Shown in pieces: positions 9,424-18,149 of a stretch of 64,000 bases of DNA (its first letter is position 1; the number at the start of each line of letters is the position of its first letter). This DNA is from Spirochaetota bacterium (lineage in GTDB: Bacteria > Spirochaetota > UBA4802 > JAFGJZ01). A program made the position numbers and the translations under genes. The stretch is from positions 987 to 64,986 of the forward strand of contig JAFGJZ010000177.1 of assembly GCA_016928815.1 (NCBI GenBank). The letters run 5' to 3'. The notes under the pieces are model-generated. The model had not been told where the DNA came from and searched no databases. It worked only from the letters and a program-made list of their open reading frames with translations.

Positions 9424-10029
9424 ATGATATTTCATATTAATGAACAGAATCCTCAAATGCGTCTTGTCGATAAATGCATAGAAATTCTTAAAAAAGACGG
9501 GATTATCATTTATCCGACTGATACGGTTTATGCTTTCGGCTGTGATATTGAAAGCAGGGCTGCAATCGAAAAACTATACAGAATAAAAAATATTGACAGA
9601 AATCAGCCCTTAAGTTTTATTTTTTCCGATATTTCACAGATTTCAGACTATACCAGGAATATTTCAAATAATGCTTTTAAAATAATGAAAAAGACCCTTC
9701 CAGGTCCATATACATATATTTTTCAGGCGTCGAAACTTGTTCCGAAAATTGTTTTAACCAAACAGAAGACTGTAGGTGTCCGCATACCGGATAATAATGT
9801 TGCTCAAGCCATAGTTAACCGGCTTGGCCGGCCTATACTTTCTTCAAGCCTGAATGAAAGCGGAGATGACTTCTCAATTGATCCGGAATCTCTTGAACTG
9901 AAATTGAGAAATATGGTTGATGTTGTCATAGATTCAGGTAAAAAAATTCAGGAATTATCAACTATAGTTGACTTTTCCTCAGGTGATCCTGTAATTATCA
10001 GATCAGGTCATGGAAAATTTGATTTCTAA
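9424..10029 (+). CDS. tsaC: L-threonylcarbamoyladenylate synthase, YrdC/TsaC family (t6A tRNA modification)
   Basis: YrdC-domain signature IIIYPTDTVYAFGCD. 201 aa (short TsaC form). Confidence 0.85.
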   Translation: MIFHINEQNPQMRLVDKCIEILKKDGIIIYPTDTVYAFGCDIESRAAIEKLYRIKNIDRNQPLSFIFSDISQISDYTRNISNNAFKIMKKTLPGPYTYIFQASKLVPKIVLTKQKTVGVRIPDNNVAQAIVNRLGRPILSSSLNESGDDFSIDPESLELKLRNMVDVVIDSGKKIQELSTIVDFSSGDPVIIRSGHGKFDF

Positions 10030-10052
10030 TGTATATTTAACTGGAGGACGTT

Positions 10053-10379
10053 ATGCTAGAAGCAGCAGAAGTTTTTTTTAAGAAAATGGTCCCTTTAATC
10101 TCTTTGGTTTTTCTCGGAGCATTCATGTCATGGATATACTATTATCTGAAAAAAAGAGACCTTTTCGGCGGATTTATCGGGGGCATGGTTGTCGGGGTAA
10201 TCGGAGCCATTGTAGGTGCATTTTTAATTGATAAGGTATATACTGATTATATTGCCGGTTTCCTGAATTTTCTTAATAACCTTGCCGGAATAAATATCAT
10301 GGCGGGTTTACTTGGTGCATTTCTAGCAGTTTTTATAATGAATAAATTAAACCATGACAAGGAAAGAAAAAAATATTAA
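10053..10379 (+). CDS. Small integral membrane protein, GlsB/YeaQ/YmgE-like
   Basis: RBS GGAGG then ATG. Gly-rich TM helices (GGFIGGMVVGVIGAIVGAFLI). Confidence 0.5.
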   Translation: MLEAAEVFFKKMVPLISLVFLGAFMSWIYYYLKKRDLFGGFIGGMVVGVIGAIVGAFLIDKVYTDYIAGFLNFLNNLAGINIMAGLLGAFLAVFIMNKLNHDKERKKY

Positions 10380-10400
10380 AAAAATTTCCCGCCTGATTTT

Positions 10401-12047
10401 TCAGGAAAAATCAATTTTTTCCACAATCAGGCTTTTTATATTCGGGGAGATTTCTAGAAGTTCATCCTTGTTTTTCAGGGGTCTTTTGAGAATTATCTCG
10501 GAAGATCCTTTTTTGCTTATGCCTTCTATATATTGAAGTGCTTTGCCGGATATGCTGTTTATTTTCAGAGGCAGCGGCAGCGAGTTCAGGGATCTTTCCC
10601 GGTAGCCGGTTACAATCACGTCATTAAGTGATTTTAATTTCAAATCAGCCGGAATTTTATTTGTTATTGAATAGGATTGCAGCTGTTTTCCCATTGAATA
10701 TCCGTTGTGTACTTCCTCAATACGGACATCTTTAAGAACAGTACCTTCAGGATAAACTTTCTGCAGCATGTAATGATCAATTTCACTGCGTATTTTTTCT
10801 TTAAAATAGTCATAACGGTTTCTGGTTTTATCTGAAATTTTATATTTCATTTCAGCTATCGGAGTTCCGGGGAATTTAAGCAGCTTTCGGATGTTAATTC
10901 TTTTTAAAAGCAGCCCGCGGTTCTGAATTTCAAGCAGGGATTCATAATTAATCCTGAATGTATTTTCGGTTTCACCGTTCAGTCCGTGAATCAGGTTTAT
11001 TCCCGGCAAAAGTACAGGAATTCCGTCAATCCGTCTGCCGCCGCATGCATTAATAATTTCAACGGCTGTTATCATATTTTCCCGGCTGCCTTTAAGATTA
11101 TTCAGTCTGATAACTTCCGGGTCAAATGACTCAACTCCAAGAGGAAGTGTATCCCCCGGAGTGATTGAATCCGCAATGATGCTGAGAATTTCCGAACTCA
11201 GGTCAGGGAAATTGTAGATTGTCCCCGGATTTGCGTTATCAATGTTCAGTGTCCGGAGATTGAAACTGTCACGAAGATTTTTAAGTCCTGAGAAAAGTTC
11301 AGCCAGAGGAGAAATTTCCGGTTTAGGAAATCCGTTCCTGAATTCCTTCAGACCGGATTTGTAGCATAAAATATCAGGCTGGCTGCCGATTCTGAATCTT
11401 GATACTCCGCAGTCAATCAGGGATTGAACTTCGCTGATAATGTTTCCGGCTTCGCGGAATTCTATCCGGCTTTTAATGGATTCACTGCAGAATGAACAGT
11501 GAAACTGGCGCGGACATCCGCGGTATGATTCTATTTCACATATTATTAGAGGAAAATCAGGATGTTTTTTTACTACAGCTGCTCCGTAGACGGACCATTT
11601 TTTAATTTCATCATAGTTTCTGGCAGTGTCAGCAGGTGATCCCGCGGCGAATGTAAATGCAAATTTTTCAATATCATTAATTACCCTGATAATGTTTTCT
11701 CCGGAATTTTCGATTACATGACTTATAAGGCCCCCGACTGAGAACAGCTGGTTTTTATTACATGAAATCAGGCGGTTGATTTCAGCGGCGGTTCCGATTT
11801 TATATCCGAGGTATTTTCCGGGAACAACCGCACCTCCGATAATTATAACAAGTTTGTAGTCGCCGTTCAGTAGAAAATTATTTTCACGGAAATAATCTGC
11901 TGTAGCGTATTCAATGTCATCTTCATTGATACCGGCGTCCATCAGTGCGCCGTAAACATATCTTGGGTACGGTGACATGAACGGAGGAACACCGAGACAT
12001 GCAGGTTCATCAATAAAAAAATCCGCGATCAGATATTTATTTCTCAT
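10401..12047 (-). CDS. Radical SAM enzyme with N-terminal Rossmann/flavodoxin-like domain, atypical CX5CX2C cluster motif and C-terminal TRAM-like domain
   Basis: Motif YRGCPRQFHCSFC, confirmed by re-translating the DNA at 11480-11540. 548 aa. The C-terminal region (VLKDVRIEEVHNGYSMGK...VIVTGY) resembles a TRAM beta-barrel. Overlaps the upstream HD gene by 11 bp. Confidence 0.7.
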   Translation of the reverse strand: MRNKYLIADFFIDEPACLGVPPFMSPYPRYVYGALMDAGINEDDIEYATADYFRENNFLLNGDYKLVIIIGGAVVPGKYLGYKIGTAAEINRLISCNKNQLFSVGGLISHVIENSGENIIRVINDIEKFAFTFAAGSPADTARNYDEIKKWSVYGAAVVKKHPDFPLIICEIESYRGCPRQFHCSFCSESIKSRIEFREAGNIISEVQSLIDCGVSRFRIGSQPDILCYKSGLKEFRNGFPKPEISPLAELFSGLKNLRDSFNLRTLNIDNANPGTIYNFPDLSSEILSIIADSITPGDTLPLGVESFDPEVIRLNNLKGSRENMITAVEIINACGGRRIDGIPVLLPGINLIHGLNGETENTFRINYESLLEIQNRGLLLKRINIRKLLKFPGTPIAEMKYKISDKTRNRYDYFKEKIRSEIDHYMLQKVYPEGTVLKDVRIEEVHNGYSMGKQLQSYSITNKIPADLKLKSLNDVIVTGYRERSLNSLPLPLKINSISGKALQYIEGISKKGSSEIILKRPLKNKDELLEISPNIKSLIVEKIDFS

Positions 12048-12588
12048 TCAGCCTGAACAGATCAGGTTCGATGTCCCTGATCAGGTTTGATCTTATTTTG
12101 TTTTCAAGGGCCTCAAGACCGGAAATTCTGCTTTTAATCTGAATGCGGATATCTTCGGTTCTGCCGTATCTTTCAATGAGGTCGTCTATTCTTTCCCTTA
12201 TTGTAACTACTGTGCTGTGTTTAACGCGTTTGTCCGCATAATGGACAATTTCAGATGCAGTCAGCGGTAAATTGATATCTACAGAATTAAGATGTACGTG
12301 TGATAAAATAATTTCAGCCACTGCCGGATAGCCCATTTCGAGAAGCAGCTCCGCACCGGTGTCTGCATGGGATTCGCCTGTTCTGATAGCTCTGCTTTTC
12401 GTAATATCGTGAAGCAGAGCCGAGGTTTCAATCAGCTCAATGTCCAGATTGTCGCTGTTTTTAAGATTCCGGTATATGATTCTGCAGACATCTCTTACAA
12501 GAGCTGAATGCTCACGGATGCTCTGCATCATTTCCATTTTATCCATTAATTCATATGTTTCGGCGGTATCGGGATATGTATATTGCAT
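12037..12588 (-). CDS. HD-domain metal-dependent phosphohydrolase
   Basis: His/Asp motifs (LLHDITK, HVHLNS) typical of the HD superfamily. Translationally coupled to the radical SAM gene. Confidence 0.7.
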   Translation of the reverse strand: MQYTYPDTAETYELMDKMEMMQSIREHSALVRDVCRIIYRNLKNSDNLDIELIETSALLHDITKSRAIRTGESHADTGAELLLEMGYPAVAEIILSHVHLNSVDINLPLTASEIVHYADKRVKHSTVVTIRERIDDLIERYGRTEDIRIQIKSRISGLEALENKIRSNLIRDIEPDLFRLNEK

Positions 12589-12589
12589 A

Positions 12590-13291
12590 TTAATAATCTC
12601 TAATTATAAAAGAACCGTAGTCTGTGATAGTATCATCAGAGAGATATTTTAATGCAAGACTATTTTTTTTAAAAAAACTGATAATCTTTTCACTGTCCGG
12701 ATGGTTTTCAAGCGTACCGCTGAGATATACGGTGTTTTTGGAAATACCGGAACATCCTCCGATAAAGCCGTATTTATAGCCCGGAAGATTTATATTTCCG
12801 CTGGAAATCAGCAGGGAATCTATTCCTGCCGAAACGGATGCTTCATAGATTCCTGTATCGGATGTAATAATGGAAACGCCTGTTCTCAAGGTTGAGCATC
12901 CGGTATAACCCTGATTTACATTGACAAGCGTTCTGCCGGTTTCTTTCATATAAGTAAGAATTTTTTCAGAAGTGCAGTTCAGTTTGTGAAAAAAGAAATT
13001 TCCGGAAGTCATGCAGTTGAAATTAATGTCCCGAGGATAATTTCCTGAAAGTATTTCATCACAGATAATGATGTTATAGAACTTTTCAGATTTATTTACA
13101 AAGCTTCTGTCGATGTTTCTATGACAGAACAGATTGTCATCTGCTGAAAATACCTGGATGTCGGGATGTCCGCTGACGGGAAATGCCACATCATTGCAGC
13201 GTGGAATTAAAACCGGATTTATTTCCAGTTCATTGAAACATCTGATAATTTTTTCAGTAACATCAGGATTGCAGATTACTGCTGAAGGCAT
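12590..13291 (-). CDS. Hypothetical protein (233 aa), no recognisable motif; operon partner of the HD and radical-SAM genes
   Basis: ORF abuts the TetR stop (13292) and the HD start (12588). Contains a Gly/Cys-rich segment GYKYGFIGGCSG. Confidence 0.5.
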   Translation of the reverse strand: MPSAVICNPDVTEKIIRCFNELEINPVLIPRCNDVAFPVSGHPDIQVFSADDNLFCHRNIDRSFVNKSEKFYNIIICDEILSGNYPRDINFNCMTSGNFFFHKLNCTSEKILTYMKETGRTLVNVNQGYTGCSTLRTGVSIITSDTGIYEASVSAGIDSLLISSGNINLPGYKYGFIGGCSGISKNTVYLSGTLENHPDSEKIISFFKKNSLALKYLSDDTITDYGSFIIRDY

Positions 13292-13924
13292 CTAATTTTT
13301 CAGAATATTCATTATATATTTAACAAGATCGGTATGATCCATGTTAATCGGATCAACAGTTTCGATGATACCGGAAAGCAGAACCAGAATCTGTGCAATT
13401 CTTGCCTTTACAACGGGGTCAAGATCGGTTTTTCTTCGTCGCGGTGAATTTTTGGATGATTCAATTATCATGTTTTCATATAATTCACGGTTATGTTTCA
13501 GAAATTTCTGGATGTGAACTGCGATTTGTCTGTCTTCAAACGAATATAGCAGCAGGTTAAGAAGAATTTTAACAGTCTGTGTGTCCATAAAAAATTTTTC
13601 AATTCCGAAAAGTGCCGAGAGGCTTGCTTTTTCATCCGATTCAAGGCTTTTATGCAGAACAGTTGAATGATCTTCCCGGATTTCATTGAACAGCGACTGA
13701 ATCAGTTCAATGTACATGTCCTCTTTTGACGAGAAATAGTGAAGAAGTCCGCCTTTGGAAAAGCCCGATTCGGTTGCGACATCCTGAACCGTAATATTGG
13801 AATAAACATCCTTTTCCAGGCATTTTTTTAATGCATCAAGAATTACTTTTTTCTTTTCCTTCATTTTGGCTTCTTTATCCATTACTGTTAACCCTGGCGA
13901 ATAATTCTTTATTAAAATATTCAT
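13292..13924 (-). CDS. TetR/AcrR family transcriptional regulator
   Basis: N-terminal HTH ITVQDVATESGFSKGGLLHYFSSKEDMY typical of TetR. First gene of the 4-gene minus-strand operon. Confidence 0.8.
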   Translation of the reverse strand: MNILIKNYSPGLTVMDKEAKMKEKKKVILDALKKCLEKDVYSNITVQDVATESGFSKGGLLHYFSSKEDMYIELIQSLFNEIREDHSTVLHKSLESDEKASLSALFGIEKFFMDTQTVKILLNLLLYSFEDRQIAVHIQKFLKHNRELYENMIIESSKNSPRRRKTDLDPVVKARIAQILVLLSGIIETVDPINMDHTDLVKYIMNILKN

Positions 13925-13962
13925 TTATTTACTGAATATTTTATTTTTCGTCAAGGAAATAA

Positions 13963-13985
13963 TGATAATGCATTTTTTATTATCA
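13963..13985. promoter_or_regulatory. Inverted repeat TGATAAT-N9-ATTATCA in the TetR/divergent-gene intergenic region; candidate operator
   Basis: Perfect 7-bp inverted repeat 40 bp upstream of the TetR start codon. Confidence 0.3.
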
Positions 13986-14066
13986 AATTCTTCAGTGAAA
14001 ATAAACTGCGGGATTATTAAAGAATTAAGTTTGATTTTCCGAACATTAACTGGTATAGGTATATGT

Positions 14067-16190
14067 ATGGCTAATTTAAACAGAAAAAACATAATTTGGA
14101 CTCTTTCGGTTTTATGTATTCTTGTGCTGAATTCATTTCCGGTTCACCCGAAATTTCTCGTTGATGAGGAGTTTTCAGAAAATAAAGCGGATGCTGCTGA
14201 AAAAAACGGCAGTGAAACTGATGAGTCGTTTTTTCCGGCAGATACAGCCAAAAACATACAGGTTCTGCCAGTACCCGATATAATTAATTCTGTTAAAATC
14301 ACATGGTCAATTAGCCCCGGCTCACATGACGTTTTTATTGTAGGGCGAACGACTGAAATACCTTCGAATGAAAATACCGCTCTTAGTGCATTATCCATAA
14401 AAGTAATTCAATCCGGGGAAATTACAGAAGTTATAGACAGAAATATTCCTGAGGGCAGGTATTATTACGTTATTCTGGCTAAAAATAAAATTGCTCAGAA
14501 AAAGATAGAATTATATCCGAATGATAATTACATAACCAATCCTGTCATAATTACCAAAAAAGTATCAGATGTTACTCTTCTCCCGAAGGTTGACAATATC
14601 AGGGCAACCGTAATAAAGGAGGGAAGTACAGCCGTTACTTGGACTCCGCTGAAACTGGAAAATGTCATATATACGGTATACAGAAGTACAGAGCCACTTT
14701 CTACACCGGAAAGCATTGATAAAGCAGCTAAAGCCGGAGTCGTAAAAGATACGGATTCGTTTTTCGATTCACAGATTGATAAGAGCGGGAAATACTACTA
14801 TGCCGTGACAACAAGTGATACGGTACGGAATGAAGACAAGCAGCTTCTTCCTGACCGCAGTTATACGACTGAAAGCGTAAATGTAAATGTGGAAAAAAGG
14901 ACAACTGTTGCTGATATAAAAATAATTGCTGCTGACAGCAAGGAAATACGTGTTGAATGGAGAGGAATTCCTAATTTTGACGGTGAATATTTCATCTACC
15001 GTAATGAATCCGTAATTGATTCACAGGAAAAACTTAACAAGTCCTATCTTGCCGGGAAAGTTGATCCGGTTCTTTCTTTCTATCTTGACATAAATCCTGT
15101 TCAGGGAGCCAATTATTATGCTGTAATTGCGAAAGATAAAAAGGGTATAATAAACAAGGAACTTATTGCTGATCAGAATTATAATTCGCAGCCGTATGAG
15201 CTTGGAACCATGATCAGAATAAAGAAAATACAGGCTAAAATTGAAGCAGATAATAAAATTCGCATCATCTGGCAGTATTCCGGAGACAGCGGAAACAGGC
15301 AGTACCGAATTTACCGTGCTGAAAAGATAACAGATGTTAAAAATGAAATTAAAAACTTTACACTGGTAGCGAATGTTGAGGTTTCACAGGGAAGTTATCT
15401 TGATACAATACCGTCTGAAGGTTACTTTCATTACTATCTGATGCCTCAGGATTTTGAGCTTAGGACTGATATCATTCCTGAGAGAGGAATTAACTTTACG
15501 GCAGATCCCGTATCATCGCCTGTTGTAAAATCAGATCCGTACCGGATGCGGTCTGTTACAGCCCGTAAGGAAAACGGCGGTGCCGTCATTGAATGGAAAT
15601 TTTCCGGCACTTCAGGAAGCAGCAGTTATTCAATTTACAGATCTGAAAAAATCATTTCGTCACTTAAGGTTCTTGAATCATCATATATGCTTGATGATGT
15701 CGATTTCACTGAAGGGACTTACAGGGATGAATCTGTTTCACCCGGTAAATATTACTATGCGGTGGTTCCTTCTGATTACAGGAAAATTTCCGGATTTAAA
15801 CTGGTAAAAGGCGTTAACTATACATCATCCCCTGTACTCGTTTCCGCGGATAAAACGGATGTTCCGGTCAAACCTGAGGATAAAAGCGGTCAGATAAACA
15901 GCAGGCCGAAGACCGAAATTTACATCCCTTCCGGACTGGATGATATTCTTAAAAGATATTTTTACCTGAACAGGTATGATGATTCAATAGTGTATCTTAA
16001 GCAATATGTTATAAATTCGTCCGATGAAAGGAATAAAGCAGTTGCTGAATTTTATCTTGGGCGCTGTTATGCGGCAAAAGGGAATTATCGGGAGGCTCTG
16101 AATTATTTCATGAAAAATAATGTAAAAGAGCATATGCCTGAAGATTCACAGTTCTGGCAGGATTATTGTCTGACCCGGATGGGCAGGTAG
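14067..16190 (+). CDS. Secreted/membrane-anchored protein with about 5-6 tandem FN3-like repeats and a C-terminal TPR-like region
   Basis: The likely start is the ATG at 14067 (MANLNRKNIIWTLSVLCILVL signal/anchor) rather than 13962. Motifs recur every ~100 aa (GRYYYVILAKNK, GKYYYAVTTSD, ANYYAVIAKDK, GYFHYYLMPQD, GKYYYAVVPSDY). Confidence 0.6.
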   Translation: MANLNRKNIIWTLSVLCILVLNSFPVHPKFLVDEEFSENKADAAEKNGSETDESFFPADTAKNIQVLPVPDIINSVKITWSISPGSHDVFIVGRTTEIPSNENTALSALSIKVIQSGEITEVIDRNIPEGRYYYVILAKNKIAQKKIELYPNDNYITNPVIITKKVSDVTLLPKVDNIRATVIKEGSTAVTWTPLKLENVIYTVYRSTEPLSTPESIDKAAKAGVVKDTDSFFDSQIDKSGKYYYAVTTSDTVRNEDKQLLPDRSYTTESVNVNVEKRTTVADIKIIAADSKEIRVEWRGIPNFDGEYFIYRNESVIDSQEKLNKSYLAGKVDPVLSFYLDINPVQGANYYAVIAKDKKGIINKELIADQNYNSQPYELGTMIRIKKIQAKIEADNKIRIIWQYSGDSGNRQYRIYRAEKITDVKNEIKNFTLVANVEVSQGSYLDTIPSEGYFHYYLMPQDFELRTDIIPERGINFTADPVSSPVVKSDPYRMRSVTARKENGGAVIEWKFSGTSGSSSYSIYRSEKIISSLKVLESSYMLDDVDFTEGTYRDESVSPGKYYYAVVPSDYRKISGFKLVKGVNYTSSPVLVSADKTDVPVKPEDKSGQINSRPKTEIYIPSGLDDILKRYFYLNRYDDSIVYLKQYVINSSDERNKAVAEFYLGRCYAAKGNYREALNYFMKNNVKEHMPEDSQFWQDYCLTRMGR

Positions 16191-16204
16191 GAAGAAGGTA
16201 ATTT

Positions 16205-17452
16205 ATGAAATATAAAAATATGATAATCGGAATTTTACTTATTCTATTAAGCTTTATTATGCTGGTATTCTATTTTCATGTATATAAACCTGAAAAGGAA
16301 GCACGTGCCATGTTTACTGAAGCTAAAATGATTTTTGAAAGAAATAATACGGAATCAATAAATAGATCCATAGATTTATTTACGAAAATAATTTCTGTAT
16401 ATCCTAAAAGCAAATATGTGCCGGCAGCTTATTTTTTTATCGCACGCGGCAATGATTTAACCGGACTGAATCAGCTGGCTTATACTCAATATACATATAT
16501 ACTTAAGAATCAGATGAAGAAGATTGATGATAAAACCAGAAATATAATTTTAACCAGAATCGCCCATCTGAAATTAATGAGAAATCAGAGTGATGAGGCG
16601 ATAAATGATTTACTGATGCTGCTAAAAGATACGGCCAACAGTGAATCAAAAAGCAGAATTTATGCTGAACTGGGGCAATCGTACTTTCATATCGGACAGT
16701 ATGAAAAGGCTATAGAATCATTTAATTATGCGCTTCTTGAGAACGGAAGAAATGAGGAGGCAATTTTAGGAAAAGCCAGAGTTCTCAAAAAAACCGGCCG
16801 TGATACCGAGACTTATGAAATTTACAGGGATTTTTTGACCTACTTCGGTAATGAATCACAATATACCGATGATGTTAAAAAAGCCTATAATAATCAGGCA
16901 TATTACAGCGGATTAAACAGTTACCGGAAGGGAAATTATCAGAGCGCAATCGCTTATTTTTCCTATGTAATCACTAAATTTCCTGATAATAAATTAAGCG
17001 AGAATGCAATTTACTGGACCGGTGAATGCTACTTCAGTATGAAAAATTACCAGAAGGCGGTCGAGTACTTCCAGAAAGGCATTGATAATACATTTCATCA
17101 CAAGGATGAGGACTGCAGAATTAAGAAAGGCTACTCCTATTTCATGATGAAGCGTTATGATCTTGCTGCACGTGAATTTCAGATTTATCTGGAACAGCAT
17201 CAGAACGGTAAATATACCGTAAAGGCAAAGACATGGAAAGACGCCGCTACAAGGGAACTGGAAGTCAGGTACAGGCTTGAAAATGAAGGAAATGACGTTT
17301 CACAGAACAGTGCCTCTGATTCTGAAGCTGACCGGGAATCTGCGTTTAAACAGGATGACCTGAATTTCGACAACAGTGAGGTAGGCGGGGTTGAATATGT
17401 TCTTCCCGGCAATAATCAGAAAGTATTTCTTGAAAGTATTACTGAAATATAG
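16205..17452 (+). CDS. Tetratricopeptide-repeat protein with N-terminal TM helix
   Basis: N-terminal hydrophobic helix, then multiple TPR-like units (AYFFIARG, GQYEKAIESFNYAL, GNYQSAIAYFSYVI, KNYQKAVEYFQKGI). Confidence 0.65.
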   Translation: MKYKNMIIGILLILLSFIMLVFYFHVYKPEKEARAMFTEAKMIFERNNTESINRSIDLFTKIISVYPKSKYVPAAYFFIARGNDLTGLNQLAYTQYTYILKNQMKKIDDKTRNIILTRIAHLKLMRNQSDEAINDLLMLLKDTANSESKSRIYAELGQSYFHIGQYEKAIESFNYALLENGRNEEAILGKARVLKKTGRDTETYEIYRDFLTYFGNESQYTDDVKKAYNNQAYYSGLNSYRKGNYQSAIAYFSYVITKFPDNKLSENAIYWTGECYFSMKNYQKAVEYFQKGIDNTFHHKDEDCRIKKGYSYFMMKRYDLAAREFQIYLEQHQNGKYTVKAKTWKDAATRELEVRYRLENEGNDVSQNSASDSEADRESAFKQDDLNFDNSEVGGVEYVLPGNNQKVFLESITEI

Positions 17453-18149
17453 CTGAAGTTTTGAAATTAAGAAACATTTCTTTCCAGCATTCTGCGGAAG
17501 GAGTGTCTTCAGCGGAGGAACTCAGAATCTCCAGGTATTTTTTTCTGGGAATATATTCAGCTCCGAGACTTTCAAGATGCGGTGAGTGTATCTGTGTATC
17601 TATTAATTTAAACCCGTATTTCCTGAAAACAAATGCCATTGATATTAAAGCGGCTTTTGATGCATTATCCTCAATAGAGAACATTGATTCGCCGGAAAAA
17701 ACCTTCCCGGTGGACACTCCATACAGCCCCCCGGCGAGGGTTCCGTTTCTGTAGACTTCAACACTGTGGGCGATTCCTTTTTCATGAAGGAGAGAATACA
17801 CATTTATCATTGATGTATTAATCCATGTCCCCCGCTGTTTTTTTCTCGGTTTTGAACATTGAATCATAACTTCGGTGAAATCCGTGTCTGTTCTGATTTC
17901 AAATATGTCATCTTTCAGAATTTTTTTCATTGATTTCGAAATTTTTATTTTTTCAGGATAAAGAACAAACCGCGGGTCAGGAGACCACCAGAGAACAGGT
18001 TCTTCATTGTACCAGGGGAAAATGCCCGCGCTGTAGGCTTCGATAAGCCTGTTGACGGTCAGATTTCCTCCTACGGCAAGAAGCCCGTCTTTGTCCGCAT
18101 GCCTGTGGGGAGGAAAAGGCTGATTGTCGTAAAATAAATAATTTATCAT
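17439..18149 (-). CDS. aat: Leucyl/phenylalanyl-tRNA--protein transferase
   Basis: Aat-family similarity (GGLYGVSTGKVFSGESMF). 4-bp overlap with clpA, giving the classic clpS-clpA-aat order. Confidence 0.85.
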   Translation of the reverse strand: MINYLFYDNQPFPPHRHADKDGLLAVGGNLTVNRLIEAYSAGIFPWYNEEPVLWWSPDPRFVLYPEKIKISKSMKKILKDDIFEIRTDTDFTEVMIQCSKPRKKQRGTWINTSMINVYSLLHEKGIAHSVEVYRNGTLAGGLYGVSTGKVFSGESMFSIEDNASKAALISMAFVFRKYGFKLIDTQIHSPHLESLGAEYIPRKKYLEILSSSAEDTPSAECWKEMFLNFKTSAIFQ

